Shown: positions 10,367 to 18,229 of the stretch, in pieces | Layout: each line of letters starts with the position of its first letter | Position numbering within the stretch: position 1 is the stretch's first letter | Assembly (NCBI GenBank): GCA_023245335.1 | Contig: JAHFKK010000001.1 | Location: 299,282 to 363,281 of the forward strand | Length of the DNA stretch: 64,000 bases | Reading direction: 5' to 3' | Origin: Candidatus Gottesmanbacteria bacterium | GTDB taxonomy: Bacteria; Patescibacteriota; Microgenomatia; UBA10105; UBA927 | Translations under genes and position numbers: made by a program | The notes under the pieces: generated by a model | Database searches by the model: none | Told to the model about the DNA's origin: nothing | Seen by the model: only the letters and a program-made list of their open reading frames with translations

Positions 10367-10990
10367 ATGGCATCCCGGAAAGCAAAAAAAGCATCCTCGT
10401 CGTTTAACTATGCCAGCATCGCGATTTCCGGCCCTCCGGGAGCGGGAAGGTCCACACTCCTTAAGAATCTCCGACCGTATTTAGAGACTATCGGATGGGA
10501 TTTTTTTTCCGGTGGGGAATGGAGTAGGAAATACGCCATAGATAACGGCATGCACGATCCCCGTGATCCCAAGCACCATTTAGCTACGGACTATGGCGAT
10601 GATGTGGACAACGAGATAGACGCAGCGATGCGTAAAAAAATTTCCGATCCGAACGTGCATATGGCGATCGAAAGCTGGATTGCCGGATGGAATGCGCGGG
10701 GTATTCCGCACGTACTGAAAGTATTACTCATGTGTGATGATTCACTCCGGATCGATCGCATCGTCAACCGCGATGACGTGTCTGTTGAGGAAGCGAAATT
10801 GCATTTGCGTCAGCGGGAAGAGGCAAATCTGACGAAATGGAAGCGGATGTATAATACTGAAGATTTTTGGCATCCCAAACATTATGACCTCATTATAAAT
10901 ACATACTCCCACGGCCCCGCCCAGACGCTCGAAATCGTACTTCAGGCGCTCGGGTATTACAAAATTAACGGCCAGCCGAAGAGTAAATAG
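10367..10990 (+). CDS. Cytidylate kinase-like nucleoside monophosphate kinase (archaeal/CPR type)
   Basis: IAISGPPGAGRST P-loop, DNEID, RIVNRD...R, YDLIINT. Confidence 0.75.
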   Translation: MASRKAKKASSSFNYASIAISGPPGAGRSTLLKNLRPYLETIGWDFFSGGEWSRKYAIDNGMHDPRDPKHHLATDYGDDVDNEIDAAMRKKISDPNVHMAIESWIAGWNARGIPHVLKVLLMCDDSLRIDRIVNRDDVSVEEAKLHLRQREEANLTKWKRMYNTEDFWHPKHYDLIINTYSHGPAQTLEIVLQALGYYKINGQPKSK

Positions 10991-11006
10991 GTGGTCCGGT
11001 TGATCT

Positions 11007-12185
11007 ATGAAGCAGCGGAAGATATTCGGTTTTCCCTCAAACGTATTTTTCCTTTCTGTGGTGTCGCTTTTTAACGATATCGGCGGCGAGACGATTAAAA
11101 AAACCATCCCGTTATATTTAGCAAACGTCCTCGGAATACCCGCCACCATTATAGGACTCATCGAAGGTGTCGCGAGTGCGACGCCTCAATTATTGCAGCC
11201 GGTTTCGGGTTATTTGTCGGACGTGACGCATGCCCGAAAGCCATTGGTTGTTATAGGTCAGGCGTTGCGATCTGCCATGGTAGCGCTTTTTTGGGCGACG
11301 TCCTGGCCGAGTATATTCATTATCCGTTTATTGGATCGTGGGGGAAAGGGTATTGCTGAAGCCCCCCGTGATGCATTAGTTTCCAGCTCGGCGGAGAAAG
11401 GACATGTCGGAAAAGCTTTTGGTCTCACGAGAATGTTTGATAACGCGGGTGCCGTTATCGGTTTATTGCTCGCAAGCGTCATAGTCTGGTACACCGCGCA
11501 TGCGACGGTGACGCTGACTACCTCGCTTTTCCATTCGATAGTTTTACTATCGGTTATCCCACTTTTACTGAATATCGGAATATTGGCAGTATTAGTCCAT
11601 GATGTGCCAAAAAACAGGGACGACATATCTACGGAGAAGCGGAAAGGATTGGGGCCGGTATTCTACCGATTTTTTGCCCTATCGATCCTTTTTACGATCG
11701 GAAATTCGTCTGACGCATTCATAATTTTACAGTCACAGAGGACCGGGCTTGCGGTTTGGGCGATATTTCTCTTGCTCGCAGGGTATAGTCTGACGTCGTC
11801 ACTTTCTGCAGTGCCGCTTTCCGCCCTGTCCGACAGGTTGGGAAGGAGAACGCTTCTTATCATAGGATGGTTATATTACGCGGTCATCTATTATGTCCTT
11901 GCCGTGGTCAAAACACCACTCGCCGTCTCCATAACCGTGCTTATGTACGGTATTTATTATGGTTTCACCGAAGGGAGTGCGCGTGCCTATATTGCTGATT
12001 TGGTTCCAACCCGCCTTCGGGGTACGGCGTACGGTTTGTATAACATGGGAACGGGGATAGCTCTTTTTGCCGCTTCCCTCATCGCAGGGTACTTATGGCA
12101 GGCTATTTCTCCGTCTGCCACATTCTATTTCGGAAGTGTAGCCGCGGTTCTTGCGGGACTTGGGTTGCTTTTTGTCGTGCATTAA
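11007..12185 (+). CDS. MFS transporter
   Basis: About 12 hydrophobic segments; DRGGKG..APRDAL and LSDRLGRR MFS motifs. Confidence 0.92.
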   Translation: MKQRKIFGFPSNVFFLSVVSLFNDIGGETIKKTIPLYLANVLGIPATIIGLIEGVASATPQLLQPVSGYLSDVTHARKPLVVIGQALRSAMVALFWATSWPSIFIIRLLDRGGKGIAEAPRDALVSSSAEKGHVGKAFGLTRMFDNAGAVIGLLLASVIVWYTAHATVTLTTSLFHSIVLLSVIPLLLNIGILAVLVHDVPKNRDDISTEKRKGLGPVFYRFFALSILFTIGNSSDAFIILQSQRTGLAVWAIFLLLAGYSLTSSLSAVPLSALSDRLGRRTLLIIGWLYYAVIYYVLAVVKTPLAVSITVLMYGIYYGFTEGSARAYIADLVPTRLRGTAYGLYNMGTGIALFAASLIAGYLWQAISPSATFYFGSVAAVLAGLGLLFVVH

Positions 12186-12208
12186 TCCGTAGGTCTTTCA
12201 TTATATAT

Positions 12209-12781
12209 ATGATTCCGACACCAAATGAGGCGAAGGTATTGTGGGAAGACTATTCGCTTCCGGACACCAAGCGTAATCATTGTCTTTGGGTGGCTCATCT
12301 TGCCGTGTGGTTTGCCCGGAAGATTTCGTCACAGGGAGTCTCAGTAGATGCCGGTCTTCTCGAAGTTGCAGCGCTCCTTCATGATGTTGATAAAGCTATC
12401 CCGCGACTCACAGGTGAGCGGCATCCGGACACGGCTGTCCGCATACTACGGGAGCGGGGGATGGGAGAGGTTGCGGACCTGGTCAGAACACACCCTCTTC
12501 ATGCGATACTCGATCAAAACCTGTCACCCAAATCTTGGGAAGAAAAAATTCTCTACCTTTCCGATAAGATGGTCAAACATACAATCATTACGGTTGACGA
12601 ACGGTTTGCCTTATGGCGGGCGGAGCATCTCCCGCCAGCTGCAATCTCGGAATTAGACGCTGCATACCCATTGGTAAAATTGCTTGAGAATGAACTGTGT
12701 TCATTCATAGGGATGCAGCCTTCGGATGTGGTAAAACTTGCATCAAAAGATGAAACGAGTACAATGAATTCACCCGTATAA
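12209..12781 (+). CDS. HD-domain phosphohydrolase
   Basis: H...ALLHDVDK...H...H...LSDK motif set; start set to ATG 12209. Confidence 0.85.
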   Translation: MIPTPNEAKVLWEDYSLPDTKRNHCLWVAHLAVWFARKISSQGVSVDAGLLEVAALLHDVDKAIPRLTGERHPDTAVRILRERGMGEVADLVRTHPLHAILDQNLSPKSWEEKILYLSDKMVKHTIITVDERFALWRAEHLPPAAISELDAAYPLVKLLENELCSFIGMQPSDVVKLASKDETSTMNSPV

Positions 12782-12791
12782 GGAGGAACTC

Positions 12792-13361
12792 ATGAAAAAA
12801 TATATATCATACGTTTCCGTATTCCTGGTTATCTTTTTTTCCGTTCCACTTCTTACATCCGTTTTTCATGAGACCGTGGTAGCCGCAATGGCAAAAGTTA
12901 CGACGACAGCCAAGGCCCCGGTACCGACGCCGACAGTAGCCCCTTCCCGTGTAGAGTATTCATTGCCCTACCCCGGTATACTTCCGGACAATCCACTCTA
13001 TGTATTGAAAACATTTCGGGATAAGATCATCGAGTTGCTCGTATCCGATCCCATCAATAAAGCTGAGTTTTACATCCTTCAGGCAGATAAAAAACTGAAT
13101 ATGAGCATTGCATTAACCGGAAAAGGTAAATCCGCAGAGGCACAGGAGATGATGGCGCAGGCGTTGATCGCACGGACCCAAGCGGTCACGTTACTGGAAA
13201 CAACCGCACAGTCGGGGAGAGTGATACCTGATTTTGTTCTGGAGAAGTTGACGTTATCATTGAAAAAACATCAAGAAGTGCTCGCAGACATGAAGCAAAA
13301 CGTTGACGCGGTAGCCACTCTTCTTGCGAAAGCAGAGAAGCTTATACCCCAGTCTAAGTAA
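12792..13361 (+). CDS. Membrane-anchored helical protein, DUF5667-like
   Basis: N-terminal TM, LPYPGILPDNPLYVLK signature; AGGAGG SD. Confidence 0.7.
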   Translation: MKKYISYVSVFLVIFFSVPLLTSVFHETVVAAMAKVTTTAKAPVPTPTVAPSRVEYSLPYPGILPDNPLYVLKTFRDKIIELLVSDPINKAEFYILQADKKLNMSIALTGKGKSAEAQEMMAQALIARTQAVTLLETTAQSGRVIPDFVLEKLTLSLKKHQEVLADMKQNVDAVATLLAKAEKLIPQSK

Positions 13362-13572
13362 GTTCTGTGTCCGAATATCGGAGGGAAGCCCACTTTGGCA
13401 GTCCGTCTAACTCCCTTGTTTCCTAGCCTTCTGCATACAGAAGCTGTTCAGGGAAGAAAAGATAATCGGCTCGATCTGAAAGAATGCTGTATTTTCACCG
13501 TACTTTTCCCTCATATAATTACGAACGAGGCTAGCGTGAAACCTTTGGATATTTTGATATAGAAGTTGCCAG

Positions 13573-13625
13573 TTGACTCCCCACGATTAGTGTCTTAGGA
13601 TTTTGATTGGCACAACATATAGTGC
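13573..13625 (+). promoter_or_regulatory. nrdR-nrdJ promoter with tandem NrdR boxes
   Basis: TTGACT 13573-13578, 17 bp, TAGGAT 13596-13601; strong NrdR box GCACAACATATAGTGC 13610-13625 and weaker TCCCCACGATTAGTGT 13578-13593, 32 bp apart. Confidence 0.75.
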
Positions 13626-13640
13626 CTTTTATTTTCACGG

Positions 13641-14096
13641 ATGAAGTGTCCATATTGCACGAATACTGATACAGAAGTCATCGAAACGAGGGACAGCGAA
13701 GATCTGGCAGTCACACGCAGGCGTCGTACCTGTGCCAAGTGCGGGAAGAGATTTACGACGTACGAACGGATAGAGTCGATGCTTTTGACCGTTATAAAGA
13801 AAGACTCACGAAGAGAGCCATTTGATCGGGACAAACTCGCACGCGGTATTTGGCGGGCAAGCGGAAAAACGATGATTAAGGCAGAAGACGTGCGCCGGGT
13901 CGTCGACGAAGTAGAGCGAGAACTTATAGGCGGCAACACGACGGAAATTAAAAGCAAAAAAATAGGAGAACTGGTTGCTAAGAGGTTGAAAAAAATAGAT
14001 AAGATAGCGTATATCCGGTTTGCAAGCGTGTTTCGGCACTTTGTAGACCTGGAGGATTTCGAGGGAGAATTAAAAAAGTTGATTAAAAAGAAGTAA
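13641..14096 (+). CDS. nrdR: Transcriptional repressor NrdR
   Basis: CPYC...RRRRTCAKCGKRFTTYE zinc ribbon, ATP-cone, AYIRFASV. Confidence 0.97.
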   Translation: MKCPYCTNTDTEVIETRDSEDLAVTRRRRTCAKCGKRFTTYERIESMLLTVIKKDSRREPFDRDKLARGIWRASGKTMIKAEDVRRVVDEVERELIGGNTTEIKSKKIGELVAKRLKKIDKIAYIRFASVFRHFVDLEDFEGELKKLIKKK

Positions 14097-14099
14097 CGT

Positions 14100-16574
14100 A
14101 TGGATAATTTTACCGGTATCCGCCAAACAGTATTTGCAGACCGCTACGCACTAAAAAATGAAGCAGGTACCGCTATTGAACAAACCCCAGAAGAAATGTG
14201 GCATCGAGTCGCCCGCGCTATCGCTAAGGTAGAAAAAAAGGCAGATAGGGCGAAGTGGGAGGACGAATTTTACGAAGCCATGAAAGACTTCGTGTTGGTG
14301 CCGGGCGGGCGGATTCTTTCCGGAGCCGGTACGGGGTATAAGGTCACGTTCTACAATTGTTTTGTCATTCCGAGTCCCCATGATTCCCGTCAAGGAATCC
14401 TTACAACACTCTCGCAGATGGTTGAGATCATGTCGAGAGGCGGAGGAGTCGGTATAAACCTTTCGAGTTTGCGTCCGAGAGGTTCGCGGGTGCGGAAAGT
14501 AAACGGGTTTTCTTCCGGTCCGTGTAATTGGGCGGAGCTTTTTTCCGTCGCGACACGCGATATCATCCAGCAGGGCGGGAGTAGGCGCGGGGCGCTCATG
14601 CTCATGCTCTGGGATTGGCATCCGGATGTCGAAGAATTTATCACAGTAAAACAGGATCTCGCCAGGATAAATGGTGCTAATTTGTCCGTGTGTGTTTCGG
14701 ACGAATTTATGACCGCGGTCAAAAACGATGCCGACTGGGATCTCAAGTTTCCGGATACGCATGATCCGGACTACGACACGAAATGGGATGGGTATTTGCC
14801 GAACTGGATAGCACTAGGGAAAACGCCGATCGTCAAAAAAACCATCAAGGCACGTGCGCTGTGGGATTTGGTCGCAACCGCCGCATGGAAAAGCGCAGAG
14901 CCGGGTGTCGTTTTCATGGAGCGCTACAATAAATGGTTTAACAATAATTATTTTGAGTACGTCAATTGTGTGAATCCCTGCGGCGAGGAAGGATTGCCGA
15001 ACTGGGGTGTGTGTAACCTCACATCCATCAATTTATCTTCGTTGGTCAACGAGAACGGCGAGATGGATTTCGAACGACTCGCGCGCATAGCCAAAGTGGG
15101 CGTCCGGTTCCAGGACGATATCATAAATGCAGACACGTACATTTTTGACCAGATTAGAAAAGTGCAACTTCAGGGAGAGCGGCGGATAGGATTGGGGACC
15201 ATGGGACTCGGAGATGCGCTTATCAAAATGAAACTACGGTACGGTTCCGAAGAAAGTTTGGACGTGATCGACAAAATTTACCGGACCATACGGGATGCGG
15301 CATATGAGTCATCCATCAATCTCGCGAAAGAAAAGGGTCCGTTCCCGAAGATAAATAAGACGAAGCATGTCGCGGGATACTTCATACGCCAACTGCCGGA
15401 ACGTCTTAAGAAACAGATGAAGAAATACGGCGTCCGTAATTCGATGGTACTTCAGCAGGCGCCGACCGGCTCAACCTCGCTCATGGCCGGTGTGTCATCC
15501 GGAATTGAACCTGTTTACGAATTCGAATTTTTGCGCCGGGACCGGTTGGGCGAGCACACACTCCGACACCCGTTGTACGATGCGTGGTTTGAGTCGTTTA
15601 AAGAAAAAAACGGCCGTGAACCCACCAAAGAAGAACGGCCTGATTATTTCGTTTCCGCAAATGATCTCAGTCCGGAAGACCACGTCCGCGTCCAGGCGAT
15701 GATTCAAAAGTATGTTGATGCATCGATCAGTAAAACCGTCAACGCACCCCGTACACACACGGTAGAAGACGTGAAGCGTTTGTATACGCTTGCGTACGAC
15801 TTGGGATGTAAAGGGATAGCGTACATGCGGGAAGGAAGCCGCGAAGGGGTTCTCGTACGTAAAGAAGAAGCGCCGAAGGTAGAAGTGAAGCAGGAAGCCG
15901 TGATGTTGCCGGAAGTAAAGCCCCGACCTGCGGTCGTGCACGGATCGACCTACCAGATGGAAACTCCGATGGGACAGGCATATATCACGATCAACACAAA
16001 CGGCGGAGGACATCCCCACGAGTTGTTTGTCAATGTCGGTAAAGCCGGAAGCGATGTCACCGCCATGGCAGAAGCATTAGGGCGGCTCATATCGCTCATC
16101 CTTCGTATATCATCACCGATTTCACCCACGGAACGGATCCACAAAGTAGCGGCAGAGCTTATCGGTATCGGCGGCGCCCGAAGCCTTGGTTTTGGAGAAA
16201 ATCGTGTCAGGAGTCTGCCGGACGCTATAGCGAAAGCCATTGATAGGCATTTCGGATTTTTCAAAAAGCAACACGTTGATAGTCTTGTGGTAACTCCCGG
16301 GGCCGGGGATGGGATGATGACGAACGGTCATACCAATGGGAACGGGAATGGAAACGGTCATGCGGCTGCGATTCTTTTGAATGGTCACACCAACGGACAT
16401 ACTATACCTACGGAATCAGCAACGACTCCCGTAATCCCGACACCGCAACACGCATTTATCGCGACTTCCCCCCGTATGGTGACCGTCGATCTCTGTCCGA
16501 GCTGCGGCGAGGGAAGCCTGGTGTTTGAGGAATCCTGCAAAAAGTGTTACAGCTGCGGATACTCCGAATGTTAG
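14100..16574 (+). CDS. nrdJ: Class II adenosylcobalamin-dependent ribonucleotide reductase with C-terminal TSCPD-like/zinc-ribbon region
   Basis: PGGRIL, NCF, GGGVG, NPCGE, CNL, APTGS, ISKTVN; C-terminal CPSC...CYSCGYSEC. Confidence 0.95.
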   Translation: MDNFTGIRQTVFADRYALKNEAGTAIEQTPEEMWHRVARAIAKVEKKADRAKWEDEFYEAMKDFVLVPGGRILSGAGTGYKVTFYNCFVIPSPHDSRQGILTTLSQMVEIMSRGGGVGINLSSLRPRGSRVRKVNGFSSGPCNWAELFSVATRDIIQQGGSRRGALMLMLWDWHPDVEEFITVKQDLARINGANLSVCVSDEFMTAVKNDADWDLKFPDTHDPDYDTKWDGYLPNWIALGKTPIVKKTIKARALWDLVATAAWKSAEPGVVFMERYNKWFNNNYFEYVNCVNPCGEEGLPNWGVCNLTSINLSSLVNENGEMDFERLARIAKVGVRFQDDIINADTYIFDQIRKVQLQGERRIGLGTMGLGDALIKMKLRYGSEESLDVIDKIYRTIRDAAYESSINLAKEKGPFPKINKTKHVAGYFIRQLPERLKKQMKKYGVRNSMVLQQAPTGSTSLMAGVSSGIEPVYEFEFLRRDRLGEHTLRHPLYDAWFESFKEKNGREPTKEERPDYFVSANDLSPEDHVRVQAMIQKYVDASISKTVNAPRTHTVEDVKRLYTLAYDLGCKGIAYMREGSREGVLVRKEEAPKVEVKQEAVMLPEVKPRPAVVHGSTYQMETPMGQAYITINTNGGGHPHELFVNVGKAGSDVTAMAEALGRLISLILRISSPISPTERIHKVAAELIGIGGARSLGFGENRVRSLPDAIAKAIDRHFGFFKKQHVDSLVVTPGAGDGMMTNGHTNGNGNGNGHAAAILLNGHTNGHTIPTESATTPVIPTPQHAFIATSPRMVTVDLCPSCGEGSLVFEESCKKCYSCGYSEC

Positions 16575-16586
16575 GATAACTATCAT

Positions 16587-17168
16587 ATGCCCATCTATAC
16601 CCGTACCGGGGACTCCGGTTCCACGTCGCTTTTTGGCGGTAAACGCGTCCTCAAATGCGAGGAGCTTGTCGATGTGTATGGATCTATCGATGAACTGAAT
16701 TCCTGGATCGGACGCATCGGGTCAGAACTTGAGTCTCTTGACGTGCAGCAGTTTTTAGCTGCCATACAATCAGATCTTTTTACCGTCGGCAGCCACCTTG
16801 CCGGTTGGAAGACGGATCTTTCTGTTTTACCAAAACGGGTGAAAGAAATGGAAGCGCGCATTGATATTTTGGAAACATCACTCCCGGCACTCAAGAATTT
16901 TATTCTCCCCGGAGGGACGCCGCTCGCTTCGGAAATCCATTTGGCGCGGGCTGTCTGTCGCAGGGTAGAACGGCAAACCGTCGCGTTAGGTCAAAAACCC
17001 TCCTCCGCTAAAGCTTCGACGGGCAGGCAGGAGGTCGACCCCAGAATTCTTGAGTATCTCAACCGATTGTCGGATCTTCTTTTTATGCTCGCACGATTCG
17101 TCAATAAAGAAGAAGGAATTGTAGAAACAGTGTGGAGCGGTATTGACCGCAACCAGAAAAAGAAGTAA
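16587..17168 (+). CDS. pduO: PduO-type ATP:cob(I)alamin adenosyltransferase
   Basis: IYTRTGDSG, GSIDELNS, FILPGG, RAVCRRVER, YLNRLSDLLF. Confidence 0.93.
   Translation: MPIYTRTGDSGSTSLFGGKRVLKCEELVDVYGSIDELNSWIGRIGSELESLDVQQFLAAIQSDLFTVGSHLAGWKTDLSVLPKRVKEMEARIDILETSLPALKNFILPGGTPLASEIHLARAVCRRVERQTVALGQKPSSAKASTGRQEVDPRILEYLNRLSDLLFMLARFVNKEEGIVETVWSGIDRNQKKK
16998..17027 (+). repeat. Short palindromic repeat inserted in-frame in pduO
   Basis: CCCTCCTCCGCTAAAGCTTCGACGGG resembles intergenic copies at 33180, 38377 and 47756; encodes PSSAKASTGR. Confidence 0.7.
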
Positions 17169-17177
17169 AAGTAGCTA

Positions 17178-17296
17178 CGTAGAGATTTGAGGAACGCTGT
17201 GTAATTCAGCGACTGTGCCGCAACGGTAACCCGTCTCGACTCGAGGCTGGAAGTCCGGAACTCCCCTCTACGCATATCCCGAGCAGGAGATTTATG
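17178..17296 (+). ncRNA. Cobalamin riboswitch (short type)
   Basis: Closing stem CGTAGAG (17178-84)/CTCTACG (17266-72); GAGGAA; CGCTG-TGTAATT-CAGCG T-loop hairpin; ACTGT-GCCGCA-ACGGT-AA; AAGTCCGGAA; downstream hairpin containing the GGAGA SD; B12 gene context. Confidence 0.85.
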
Positions 17297-17713
17297 AAAA
17301 AGATATATGCCGTCATTGCGGCGGTCCTCATTATAATAGGTATTGAAGTTTTCCGTGCGCGTATTCCTTCCGTACCGAACCATCAGACTTCCATTTCTTC
17401 GACTATTTCTCCCGCGCCCATAGTTTCAGTCGTTATAGATGATAGCACGCATATCGCCACATATTCGGCGGTAATGGCTGTGACTCCGTATGCTTCGTTG
17501 CAGGCGGTTATGGATGAGTTACATATACCGGTCACCGTCAAACGGTATGACTTTGGTGTTTTTGTCGACGGAGTGGGCGACAAAAAAAATACAAGTGATC
17601 GGGCTTGGATATATTTTGTGAATGGAATTTCAGGTAATGTCGCTTCCGATGAGATGAAATTACACGCGGGAGACGCCGTCACGTGGCGGTATATGAAGCC
17701 CGCAATGGAGTAA
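17294..17713 (+). CDS. DUF4430 (transcobalamin C-terminal-like) membrane-anchored protein, putative B12-binding
   Basis: N-terminal TM; YDFGVFVDGV, WIYFVNG, GD.VTWRY motifs; directly under the riboswitch. Confidence 0.8.
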   Translation: MKKIYAVIAAVLIIIGIEVFRARIPSVPNHQTSISSTISPAPIVSVVIDDSTHIATYSAVMAVTPYASLQAVMDELHIPVTVKRYDFGVFVDGVGDKKNTSDRAWIYFVNGISGNVASDEMKLHAGDAVTWRYMKPAME

Positions 17714-17717
17714 AACT

Positions 17718-18224
17718 ATGTTAGAGCTCGTCGTCCTTACAGCTATTGGTGTCATGTCGCGTTTGTTGCCGCACGTGCCGAACTTTACGGCGGTCGGAGG
17801 AATCGGACTTTTTTCGGGGGCCCGATATGGGGTGAAGAAAGGTCTCGTTGTGACAGGCGTCACCATGTTTATTTCCGATGCGATTGTAGGATTTCATCCG
17901 TTGGTATGGGCGACGTACGGAAGTTTGCTCGCTTCGGTTTTGCTGGGCGCGGCTTTCCTGAAGCGGCGTGATGGCTATCGCATTGCTGCATTCACGATCG
18001 GTTCCGGTTTGTTGTTTTTCATTGTGACGAATTTTGCCGTATGGGCGCAAGGACTGTGGTATCCGAAGACGGTAGCAGGACTTATAGACTGTTATGTGAT
18101 GGCGATCCCATTTTTACGCAATTCATTATCAGGAGATGCGTTTTATAGCGCTCTTCTCTTTGGTATAGAAGCGATAAGTGTTGTGAGGATTCGCCGTCCG
18201 TCAGGAGCGATAGAGGGCGCGTAA
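17718..18224 (+). CDS. DUF6580-like integral membrane protein, putative ECF S-component-like B12 transporter
   Basis: RLLPH.PNFT, SD, FFIVTNFAVW, YPKT..GL..CY.MAIPF.RN motifs; about 5-6 TMs. Confidence 0.75.
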   Translation: MLELVVLTAIGVMSRLLPHVPNFTAVGGIGLFSGARYGVKKGLVVTGVTMFISDAIVGFHPLVWATYGSLLASVLLGAAFLKRRDGYRIAAFTIGSGLLFFIVTNFAVWAQGLWYPKTVAGLIDCYVMAIPFLRNSLSGDAFYSALLFGIEAISVVRIRRPSGAIEGA

Positions 18225-18229
18225 TTTGT

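Noticed and set aside
13407-13514. 35-aa minus-strand ORF (MREKYGEN...) in the gap before nrdR
   Set aside because: No SD, motif or attenuator structure; cannot be told from chance
14100-16574. Intein or intron in nrdJ; NG/NGH repeat near 16320-16400
   Set aside because: Catalytic motifs are contiguous and length is normal; the NG-rich stretch is a low-complexity linker
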